A stretch of DNA of 38,805 bases from a virus. Within the stretch, counting starts at the first letter, position 1; the number at the start of each line of letters is the position of its first letter. The stretch lies in the IMG/VR virus record IMGVR_UViG_3300038603_000019; one strand, given 5' to 3'. The position numbers were made by a program, and so were the translations under genes. This document shows positions 32,403-38,805 of this stretch, piece after piece. The notes below the pieces were generated by a model. That model worked only from the letters and a program-made list of their open reading frames with translations, made no database searches and was not told where the DNA came from.

Positions 32403-32495
32403 ATTAACTCCGTGTAAGTTAACGTGATTTTTGAGGATTGCAGCGCACGGGTCACGACTCCCATGTATTCGGCGGCCAAACCTAGCTGCAAACTT

Positions 32496-32504
32496 ATTAT
32501 ACCA
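32496..32504 (-). promoter_or_regulatory. late-operon promoter, extended -10 (TGgTATAAT)
   Basis: The minus strand reads AAGTGGTATAAT just downstream of the terminator at 32517-32542. No -35 is recognisable. Confidence 0.5.
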
Positions 32505-32516
32505 CTTAACAAGCAA

Positions 32517-32542
32517 TAAAAAAGCCCCGACTAGATCGGGGC
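32517..32542 (-). terminator. terminator ending the early-left operon
   Basis: GCCCCGA-ctaga-TCGGGGC with a T-run on the minus strand. Confidence 0.65.
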
Positions 32543-32564
32543 GGTTTGTGGTTGCGAGGTAGGG

Positions 32565-32777
32565 TTAAGACAACACAACCCCATCTTTATCAGCCTTTGC
32601 GCCTGTGATTTGTTTCTTACCATGAAAAACGCGAAGGCCAACACGCTCACATGCTTGAATAGCTTCTCGAAGCTGGTCGATAACTACAACTTGTTTACGT
32701 GTTAGTGGTTTTGAGATTGCGCCTAGTGCCTGCTCTTCTTCTGGTGTTTGTGTTGCGATTTTATCTGTGTTGCTCAT
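32565..32777 (-). CDS. hypothetical protein (70 aa)
   Basis: Last ORF of the early-left operon. Confidence 0.5.
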   Translation of the reverse strand: MSNTDKIATQTPEEEQALGAISKPLTRKQVVVIDQLREAIQACERVGLRVFHGKKQITGAKADKDGVVLS

Positions 32778-32781
32778 TTGT

Positions 32782-32964
32782 TTATTCCTCCCAAATATCT
32801 ACAACTTCAGTGTCAATGTCATCAGACCATTGCGCACCAGTGTCTTTGTCGTCATTAAGCATTTCAATAGCTTTTGCTTTTGCTTCCTCTTCTGATTTTA
32901 CTCCATCGACATTAATCATAAAAGTCTCTGTTCTTTCGATTGTTACTGTAAAATATTGATTCAT
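32782..32964 (-). CDS. hypothetical very acidic protein (60 aa)
   Basis: The ORF overlaps the upstream stop. The C-terminus is rich in D/E. Confidence 0.5.
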   Translation of the reverse strand: MNQYFTVTIERTETFMINVDGVKSEEEAKAKAIEMLNDDKDTGAQWSDDIDTEVVDIWEE

Positions 32965-33200
32965 TTTATTTCCTCCACAAACTTCACATCGTAAATATCC
33001 ACGCGTACATACATCGGTGCATGTGTCGCATCTAGGTTTTTAATCTGCCCTGGTGACAGGCTGGCTCCGTCAAAAACTACATAACGTGACGGGGTGCCAC
33101 TCGCGTTCTCAATCAACCGCGATGGAATATTCCAATCATCAAGAGTCGCTTTAAAGTCAATTGCGCACATCGGCGACGGCAACAAGCACTTACTAATCAA
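32961..33200 (-). CDS. hypothetical protein (79 aa)
   Basis: Coupled starts and stops. Confidence 0.5.
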   Translation of the reverse strand: MISKCLLPSPMCAIDFKATLDDWNIPSRLIENASGTPSRYVVFDGASLSPGQIKNLDATHAPMYVRVDIYDVKFVEEIK

Positions 33201-33523
33201 AACTCATACCCCACACTAAAGGTAACTGCATTTCCCAAAAGTAACACGGTAGGCTTAACCCCGTTAAAATCATAGCTGACATAAGGCGCAACAAACGCCG
33301 TCACTCCGCCAACTGTAAAATCATACTCGTAACCAGTTACCCCACCACTCAGAAGCCCATATTCGATTTCATCATGCTTCCAGTTCATATCCCAAGCGAC
33401 AAAAGCTGACGTATCATAGAATGAGTTGCGATAAACACCTGTTACCACTTGCTTGTGTCGGATTGCTACTCCGTAATTGCTGGAGTTGTAATCCTCGTGG
33501 TTATCCAAATGAATCGACGTCAT
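33197..33523 (-). CDS. beta-strand-rich protein resembling an outer-membrane beta-barrel fragment, no signal peptide
   Basis: 108 aa from the ATG at 33523. Alternating aromatic/Gly strands and a terminal GYEF. The long N-terminal extension in the track is displaced by a better small ORF. Confidence 0.35.
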   Translation of the reverse strand: MTSIHLDNHEDYNSSNYGVAIRHKQVVTGVYRNSFYDTSAFVAWDMNWKHDEIEYGLLSGGVTGYEYDFTVGGVTAFVAPYVSYDFNGVKPTVLLLGNAVTFSVGYEF

Positions 33524-33540
33524 TATTAGGAATATTTCAA

Positions 33541-33693
33541 TCACATTTGATTCTCCCAATTGTTGATGATGATTTCCTCTACGCTTTCTAGATAGCTTTC
33601 GTAGCAGGATTTCACCCATTTATCCCATTCGATACCGTTCCAATCTTCGATTAACTGGTCTAGATATTCATCTTCGTAGTCTTGTAGTGTCAT
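33541..33693 (-). CDS. hypothetical acidic 50-aa protein
   Basis: SD GGAGG. ATGA overlap with the upstream stop. MTLQDYEDEYLDQLIEDWNGIEWDKW.... Confidence 0.4.
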   Translation of the reverse strand: MTLQDYEDEYLDQLIEDWNGIEWDKWVKSCYESYLESVEEIIINNWENQM

Positions 33694-33887
33694 ACATCCT
33701 CCGGCGGTGATGGAAGTGGCATCCAGTGGGAATAACCGCGAACCTTTAAAGATTCAGCAATACTTTTCTCATCCCAACCGCTACCTACAAACGCTCCATG
33801 GTCCCAGTGAGGTCCACTGTAATGGTAAGCATGAAATCTTTGGTCAATTTCAGGAACAGAATCGTAGATACTTATCCATTCGCTCAT
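33690..33887 (-). CDS. DUF551-like protein
   Basis: WISIYDSVPE ... YSHWMPLPSPPE matches the DUF551 pattern (W.s..d..P ... THWMPLP.PP). Confidence 0.55.
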   Translation of the reverse strand: MSEWISIYDSVPEIDQRFHAYHYSGPHWDHGAFVGSGWDEKSIAESLKVRGYSHWMPLPSPPEDV

Positions 33888-33934
33888 AAACACCCCCAAA
33901 TTCTTTCTGTGCGCCCGTAGAGCGCGATTAAACC

Positions 33935-34225
33935 CTAACCATTTGTAATGGTATCAATTTCTGCTTTCGCGTCTGTTATCGCGTCTAAAATTGACTCAAG
34001 CGATGTAATTTCATCATCCTCTAGTAGTTGATACTTAACCAGACCATAAAACAAACCTGACAAGCTAGAGAAAAACTTCTTCTCACTCGAAACCGCAACC
34101 GTGCCAATCTTGGATTTATCCTTTAGCATCACGCTATCTTCGACAATGTACTTTGACTGCAAAATAAACTGATTGCCGTCCGTTGTTACTAGAAATCTTT
34201 CGTTATCTAAAATCATTTCTTCCAC
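33935..34225 (-). CDS. hypothetical protein (96 aa)
   Basis: ORF track entry in the same operon. Confidence 0.5.
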   Translation of the reverse strand: MEEMILDNERFLVTTDGNQFILQSKYIVEDSVMLKDKSKIGTVAVSSEKKFFSSLSGLFYGLVKYQLLEDDEITSLESILDAITDAKAEIDTITNG

Positions 34226-34370
34226 CTCTCATAAAATAACCACACCAAGCAGCAACTACCACCTCAACTGCACATCGCTGCTCATTGTAAAGAGCTACGT
34301 ATTCTTCATAACTCAACTTGCACCCCATCTTGCGGCAGTATAACCAATCGTTAACTGTAAAATTCAACAT
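34203..34370 (-). CDS. possible 55-aa Cys-rich protein
   Basis: SD GGAGG 5 nt upstream. MLNFTVNDWLYCRKMGCKLSYEEYVALYNEQRCAVEVV.... Confidence 0.35.
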   Translation of the reverse strand: MLNFTVNDWLYCRKMGCKLSYEEYVALYNEQRCAVEVVVAAWCGYFMRGGRNDFR

Positions 34371-34408
34371 GCCAGCCTCCATTGGTTAAACTATACCCCA
34401 CCACCAAT

Positions 34409-34882
34409 CTAAACACTGTGACGCGCTTCACGCTTTCGAGCTTCGGATGATAGTTTTATGTGTTTTCGAATTGTCTCGACACATACGTCGTGGTCTGCCG
34501 CGCAATCCTCCTGCGTTGGATACTGCTTAACTATCAAATCCATATTGTGCATTTCGTAGTGACTAAGCTTACTATTGGTTCGCGGCTTCCTACAGCCACC
34601 AAATGGTATTTTGTGCTTCTTCGACACCCAGTCAATCTGCATCCAGTTGTACCCAAGAAGCTCAGCTACCATCTTCATAGTGTGAGTCTTTGACATCTTT
34701 CTAATTTCTTCGATGTGCTCTCGCTTAACCCCGCGATACTGAAAGTCACCAATCTTTTTTCTTATTGTTGACTTGCCCACCCCATAAAATTCACCAGCCG
34801 CTTTGATAGTCCCAAGCTCTAGTATTTTTTGTTGCACTTCTTCTTGTGTGTAGTGCCTTAGCTTTTCCGGTCTACCTGCCAT
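34409..34882 (-). CDS. multi-HTH DNA-binding regulator (157 aa)
   Basis: Three HTH-like segments: TIKAAGEFYGVGKSTIRKKI, TMKMVAELLGYNWMQIDWVSKKH and TQEDCAADHDVCVETIRKHI. Confidence 0.55.
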   Translation of the reverse strand: MAGRPEKLRHYTQEEVQQKILELGTIKAAGEFYGVGKSTIRKKIGDFQYRGVKREHIEEIRKMSKTHTMKMVAELLGYNWMQIDWVSKKHKIPFGGCRKPRTNSKLSHYEMHNMDLIVKQYPTQEDCAADHDVCVETIRKHIKLSSEARKREARHSV

Positions 34883-35029
34883 TTACCTTTCCTCATAAAG
34901 CCAATCAATATCCAATTCATTCAGCATTTCGTTAAGTTCCATTCCCAGCAAGTGAGCCATGCGCAAAGATTCCTCTCTTAATGTGCCGTTGGCTTTTGCT
35001 TCGGTTAGTGTTGTCACGACAAATCCCAT
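34883..35029 (-). CDS. 48-aa protein, first gene of the early-left operon
   Basis: SD AAGAGGAG 6 nt upstream. MGFVVTTLTEAKANGTLREESLRMAHLLGMELNEMLNELDIDWLYEER. The TAA overlaps the next ATG (TAAATG). Confidence 0.45.
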   Translation of the reverse strand: MGFVVTTLTEAKANGTLREESLRMAHLLGMELNEMLNELDIDWLYEER

Positions 35030-35057
35030 GAGCTACTCCTCTTGATTTGATGCTTAA

Positions 35058-35090
35058 ATGATAGCCACAAACCCAATTTAATGCTGTGAC
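35058..35090 (-). promoter_or_regulatory. GTCACR-N21-(-10) promoter-like element, copy F (early-left operon)
   Basis: Minus strand reads GTCACA (35090-35085), 21 nt, TATCAT (35063-35058). ATG 35029 lies 28 nt downstream. Confidence 0.45.
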
Positions 35091-35167
35091 CGCTATCACA
35101 CTTTCTATATTCATCCGATAACTTAACGCGCTTTCTGGTTGCTCGTGCTGATACCTCATAAAACTTA

Positions 35168-35589
35168 GCCGAATCATTCGTCAGCGATGAGTATCACGGT
35201 TTTTGAAATCTAAAAATCACCAAAAAAATGCAATCTATACAACATGCCGAATTTTCTATTCGTCAATCCTGAAGTTAAAAAAATAATAAAAACATAGACT
35301 TACATACAACGCCGAATTTGATTCGTACCCATTCGTCAACACTTTCTACATGTTTTTACCTTATAAATCATAAGCTTAATGTGAAATTCAGCCATTTGAC
35401 GAATGACCAACCTCTACACGTATGTATTCGACAGTTAGTAAGCATGTAAAAATAAATAAATAAATAAATAAAATATAGTAGTAGTATTCTACATATATAT
35501 ATTAAAAGAGCTTAAAGCCTTATGTGTAAAGGGCTGAGGCCGCCGAAAGTTTTGACGAAAATTAAAGAATCTTGCTGAATTTGACGAAT
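35168..35589. repeat. array of TTGACGAAT / ATTCGTCAA boxes (operators or origin iterons)
   Basis: ATTCGTCA(A) at 35176, 35258 and 35331, with degenerate copies at 35321 and 35426. TTGACGAA(T) at 35396, 35552 and 35581. The left-hand boxes are each preceded by GCCGAAT, giving CGAAT-N1/5/3-ATTCG inverted repeats. Confidence 0.6.
35453..35472. repeat. (TAAA)5 microsatellite in an AT-rich tract, followed by an (AT)5 run at 35493-35502
   Basis: Read directly from the sequence. Confidence 0.9.
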
Positions 35590-35614
35590 AATTGATTTTG
35601 TTAAGTTTAAAATA

Positions 35615-35642
35615 TTGACATAATTTACCAAGATGTTATGAT
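35615..35642 (+). promoter_or_regulatory. canonical sigma70 early promoter
   Basis: TTGACA 35615-35620, 16 nt, TATGAT 35637-35642. SD AAGGAGGG precedes the ATG at 35670. Confidence 0.7.
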
Positions 35643-35669
35643 CGCACTTCACTTTAAGGAGGGTTGTAG

Positions 35670-35861
35670 ATGATGACGAAGCAACGAATCGGCAGATTCG
35701 ACTATTCAAAACTAAATTTCGAAACAGCCGTAGAGGTTCCACTTTTTGGTAGAACCACAAGACTGGCGCAACAGACGGTTCACGAATATTGTCGAAGACA
35801 TAAATTAAAGGTGGTCACGAAAGTTGTTGATGGGAAGTTGTACGCGATTCTTTCGGAGTAG
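35670..35861 (+). CDS. small DNA-binding protein (Cro/excisionase-like HTH), first rightward gene
   Basis: 63 aa. RTTRLAQQTVHEYCRRHKL is HTH-like. Confidence 0.45.
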   Translation: MMTKQRIGRFDYSKLNFETAVEVPLFGRTTRLAQQTVHEYCRRHKLKVVTKVVDGKLYAILSE

Positions 35862-35866
35862 TATCA

Positions 35867-37243
35867 ATGAAAAAATATAATAAGAATTTCAAGCCAGAAA
35901 CTAGCGCAGAGATAAGCACGTTTTTAACTAACACATGCATAGGTGACGCTGCGACCCAGGTTGCGATGAATAGACAGTTTCCTATTGAGACGGCACATTT
36001 AGCTGCTTTGTGCGTGGCGAGTCAGGCCGCTAGTGTGGCTTACTGCGTAGAAGCGAATGGGAAAAGAATGCCTATTGGTTTGTACTGTTTAGGTGAGCAA
36101 CCACCTGGAAGCGCTAAAACGTCAGCCGTTGAAGACCTGCAAGGTGGAATAATGGAGGCAGTGTCCGAAGTAAACAAGAAAAGAAAGGAGATTTTGAAGA
36201 AGATTGCAGAATCAGAACAGGATAACAAAGGGAAGCTTAATCCTCAGGAAATTGAGGATATGGAAAGAAACCATATTATAAAAGCACCAATGACAGACGT
36301 TACCGCTGAGTCCATCGATAAAAACCTAACTCAAAGTAAAGGTTGGTTTATGCTGGCAAGTACGGAAAAGGCTCTTATTGGATCTCTTATTTCTGGGAAC
36401 TACAGTGACGGAAAATCAAACAAGGATATCTTACTTAAAGGGTTTAACGGAGAGTGGCACGCTTCAGACCGTGTTACTCGAAATGGATTTTACGGTAGGC
36501 CTCATGGAAGCATGCTGGCAATTAGCCAAGAAGGAACGATTGATGAAGTTTTGAAAAGCTCATCTGGTTCTGGTCTTTGTGAGCGATTCCTGATGATTCT
36601 TGAAGGCAACATGATGGGATTCAGGGACCCTTACAAGTATGGCGGTGATACTGGAAAGATTCGTCATTTTAACAACGTGACAAAGTTACTGTTCTCTAAC
36701 GTTACTGATATGGATATCGACAATATGAAGTCGGTAAAAATAAGTAAAGAAGCTCATAAGATGGTTATAGACCAAATGGCAGATATTGAACCAAGGCTTG
36801 CCGATGGTGAAAAATATGCGACTACAATGTTTCGTGGTATTTGGTCAAAAATGCACACCCAAATGTTTAAGATTGCAGCAACTATCCACCTAATGGAAAG
36901 TAAGACCGAGCTTGAAGAGATAAGCGGTGAGACAATGGCTTTATCGATTTCAGTTGTTAAAACAATACTTAGAGGGATGATTGAGTTATGCGAGGTTAAG
37001 GGAATATCAGGCAAAAACGTAGAGCTATCTGCGCTTGAGGATTATATGGAGAGGAATGCAAAAGGCATATCAGGAAAAACATTGCGCCAAATAAAAGACA
37101 ACCTTGGAAGACAGGAAGTTTTCAAGCAACACGGCAAGTCAAAGATCCAAAAAATAGAAACAGCTGTGTCTACCCTTTGCTCTAATGGGGTGATAGAGAG
37201 ACGCATAAACGGAACAAGAGAAACCTATATTTACAGGGGTTAG
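35867..37243 (+). CDS. P-loop replication protein (DUF3987-like helicase/loader candidate)
   Basis: 458 aa. Variant Walker A GEQPPGSAKTS. Immediately upstream of the primase. Confidence 0.45.
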   Translation: MKKYNKNFKPETSAEISTFLTNTCIGDAATQVAMNRQFPIETAHLAALCVASQAASVAYCVEANGKRMPIGLYCLGEQPPGSAKTSAVEDLQGGIMEAVSEVNKKRKEILKKIAESEQDNKGKLNPQEIEDMERNHIIKAPMTDVTAESIDKNLTQSKGWFMLASTEKALIGSLISGNYSDGKSNKDILLKGFNGEWHASDRVTRNGFYGRPHGSMLAISQEGTIDEVLKSSSGSGLCERFLMILEGNMMGFRDPYKYGGDTGKIRHFNNVTKLLFSNVTDMDIDNMKSVKISKEAHKMVIDQMADIEPRLADGEKYATTMFRGIWSKMHTQMFKIAATIHLMESKTELEEISGETMALSISVVKTILRGMIELCEVKGISGKNVELSALEDYMERNAKGISGKTLRQIKDNLGRQEVFKQHGKSKIQKIETAVSTLCSNGVIERRINGTRETYIYRG

Positions 37244-37245
37244 CA

Positions 37246-38055
37246 ATGGCTGATTACAGAGAATTTGAGCATTTGTTACTTGGTCAATGGCATGACGTTT
37301 TATCAATGTACGGAATCGATGTTCCGCAGATGAAGGGTAAGAACTCAGTTAATTATCCTTGCCCATTATGCGGAGGTGATGACAGGGCGCACTGGCGAGA
37401 AGAAGAGGGGAGACTTGCTTTGTTTTGTCGTAACTGTGCTTACGAATCTATGAAGTCACCAGAGCAAGTGATAATGGAGGCAACTGGAATAGAGTTTCAT
37501 GAGATGTGCAACAACCTTGCTGAGTTTTGCAACCACCAGCAACCAGAAGACATAAAAAAAGCGCAGAATAGAGCAAAGTCTAATCCTGCGCGTAACTTAC
37601 CAAAAGACCACAAACAAGATCATGAGTTGTCTTTGAAGTTAATAAGCCAGTTAAAAGTTGTAGCAACACACCCAATACTAAAGCGAAATAGTGTCGAGCA
37701 TCCTAATAATATCCTATGCCGAGACGAAAAAGCAATCTATATGCCTATGGCAAACGAAAACGATTCTGTTGTTAACGTTGTCAAATTGGATCAAAACCTA
37801 AATGTAAGCTTTCTTGCTGGTGGAATCTCCTACGCTTCATGGTATGCAATAGAAGTTTGTGATGTTCGTCAAACTTCAGGCATCGCATGGTGTACAAACC
37901 TTGTGGAAGGGCTGCATCATTACTGGAAAACCGGGCAAGAAACGAGAGTTACATTTGGTGTTTACAACACCATATTTATGATTAACAACGGAATCACCAA
38001 GGAATCAGATACGTTCATTTGTGGTTATGGCGAACAGGAGTTATTAGGGGTTTAA
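37246..38055 (+). CDS. DNA primase (P4-alpha-type zinc-binding domain plus Toprim-like domain)
   Basis: YPCPLCGGDDRAHW....LFCRNC matches the primase zinc ribbon CP.CGG.DRF...C..C. Confidence 0.6.
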   Translation: MADYREFEHLLLGQWHDVLSMYGIDVPQMKGKNSVNYPCPLCGGDDRAHWREEEGRLALFCRNCAYESMKSPEQVIMEATGIEFHEMCNNLAEFCNHQQPEDIKKAQNRAKSNPARNLPKDHKQDHELSLKLISQLKVVATHPILKRNSVEHPNNILCRDEKAIYMPMANENDSVVNVVKLDQNLNVSFLAGGISYASWYAIEVCDVRQTSGIAWCTNLVEGLHHYWKTGQETRVTFGVYNTIFMINNGITKESDTFICGYGEQELLGV

Positions 38056-38056
38056 T

Positions 38057-38805
38057 ATGCAAGATATATTCGAAGGCTATCCAGTGAAAACTTATGGGAA
38101 GATAACAACTAGGCCATATCAACAGGCGGCAATTGACGCAGTTATTGAACATGTGAAACAAAGTAACGACCCGTCAATTGTTAGCGCTAGCGTGGGCTCT
38201 GGGAAAACAATTGTTATAGCTGCATTATCAAAGCACGTAAGCGATAAAAGTGGAAAGGTTTTAGTTCTTAGTCGTCAAGGTGAAATTATATCTCAAGATG
38301 CGGAAGATTGTTGGCTTGCTGAGTGTAGAAACTCACTGTACAGCGCTTCACTAGGCGTAAAGTCTGTTGTTTATCCGGTGATATTGGGAACTGAGGGAAC
38401 GGTTGCCAAGTCTTTGGAGCAAGACAACAAATACATAAGTGGAGATTCTGAGTCACCAAGTAAACTATTTAACTTTGTTGCCGATCTAATACTCATTGAT
38501 GAGGCTCACATGGTTGATTTTGAGACAGACGACAGCCAGTACATGAAAATCATAACGGAAATGCAGCGAAGAAACCCAAAGGTAAAAATCGTTGGCCTTA
38601 CAGGAACGCCTTATCGAGGTATAAAACCGATTATTGGTGAGCATGAGTCGTACTTCTGGCGCAAAAAACTCACAGACATAAGCACAGAATATTTGACGCA
38701 AAAGGGATATCTGGTTCCTTGCAAGTTTGGTTTTGGTGACGATGAAACCAGCTACAACTTAGATGAGTTCAAATCGGAAGGTGAGGAAGGTTGCCAAGAC
38801 TACAC
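38057..38805 (+). CDS. SF2 DEAD/DEAH-box DNA helicase, N-terminal part (continues at 1..1119)
   Basis: MQDIFEGYPV...; motif I SVGSGKT, motif II LIDEAH, motif III LTGTP. No stop before the window end. The frame is continuous with nt 1 after removing the 23-nt overlap, giving a total of about 614 aa. Confidence 0.85.
   Translation, partial: MQDIFEGYPVKTYGKITTRPYQQAAIDAVIEHVKQSNDPSIVSASVGSGKTIVIAALSKHVSDKSGKVLVLSRQGEIISQDAEDCWLAECRNSLYSASLGVKSVVYPVILGTEGTVAKSLEQDNKYISGDSESPSKLFNFVADLILIDEAHMVDFETDDSQYMKIITEMQRRNPKVKIVGLTGTPYRGIKPIIGEHESYFWRKKLTDISTEYLTQKGYLVPCKFGFGDDETSYNLDEFKSEGEEGCQDY
38783..38805. repeat. 23-nt terminal overlap identical to 1..23 (circular closure)
   Basis: GAGGAAGGTTGCCAAGACTACAC occurs at both ends. 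Confidence 0.95.

Noticed and set aside
34932-35177. 81-aa minus-strand ORF from the six-frame track at the edge of the control region.
   Set aside because: It has no SD and an odd composition. It spans the GTCACA-type promoter (35058-35090). It also overlaps, in another frame, a 48-aa ORF (34883-35029) that has a strong SD and is stop/start-coupled to the next gene.
35258-35339. TTGACG of the repeated boxes acting as -35 elements of leftward sigma70 promoters.
   Set aside because: I checked 17-nt spacings downstream of the boxes at 35266 and 35339 on the minus strand. The hexamers there (GTTGTA, TTCGGC) are not -10-like.
35512-35760. 82-aa minus-strand ORF across the AT-rich region.
   Set aside because: It covers the canonical early promoter and the TTGACGAAT boxes and is antisense to the 35670 gene start. 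It has low-complexity, AT-driven codons and no SD.
1-38805. Search for integrase, excisionase, attP, tRNA, CRISPR repeats, reverse transcriptase (retron or DGR) and toxin-antitoxin pairs.
   Set aside because: No ORF shows tyrosine or serine recombinase, RT (YxDD) or Cas motifs. I saw no tRNA-like T-arm (GGTTCGAAT) and no regularly spaced repeats, so no lysogeny or CRISPR features can be supported. No recognisable toxin-antitoxin pair was noticed either, but that check was weaker because it rests only on motif recognition by eye.

Overview
The window is a complete, circularly closed genome of a tailed dsDNA phage with siphovirus-like tail genes. The first 23 nt repeat the last 23 nt, so the unique length is about 38.78 kb, and an SF2 helicase gene runs across the junction. 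Spanins and an SSB ending in DDIPF point to a Gram-negative, probably gammaproteobacterial, host. I found no integrase, tRNA, CRISPR array or reverse transcriptase.

Layout:
- A rightward early/middle operon starts at a canonical sigma70 promoter (35615-35642). It runs 35670 -> junction -> 7775 and encodes a small HTH protein, a P-loop replication protein, primase, helicase, PD-(D/E)XK exonuclease, SSB, VRR-NUC nuclease, small ORFs, endolysin, a holin candidate, overlapping spanins, MazG and a LuxR/GerE-type HTH protein.
- A leftward operon of small early genes runs 35029 -> 32565.
- A leftward late module runs 32402 -> 8817. It encodes HNH, TerS, TerL, portal, MuF-like protein, scaffold, major capsid, connectors, tail tube, G/GT chaperones, tape measure, a tail protein and a beta-helix tailspike.

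Most interesting observations:
1. A promoter-like family of at least 9 copies has a GTCAC(A/G) box exactly 21 bp upstream of a -10-like hexamer. It heads the accessory cassettes and the early-left operon.
2. The late module is repeatedly interrupted by self-contained accessory cassettes, mostly on the opposite strand, each with its own promoter and hairpin terminator. Two of them share an identical 24-nt leader.
3. One leftward cassette (23809-25183) combines three small membrane proteins, a minimal HslV/proteasome-beta-like Ntn peptidase and a zinc ribbon.
4. A frameshifted remnant of a tail-fibre S74 chaperone domain lies next to a hairpin-dense non-coding stretch.
5. An AT-rich control region carries TTGACGAAT box arrays.
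6. The tail chaperone genes contain a candidate -1 frameshift site.

All functional calls come from motifs read by eye; no database search was run.
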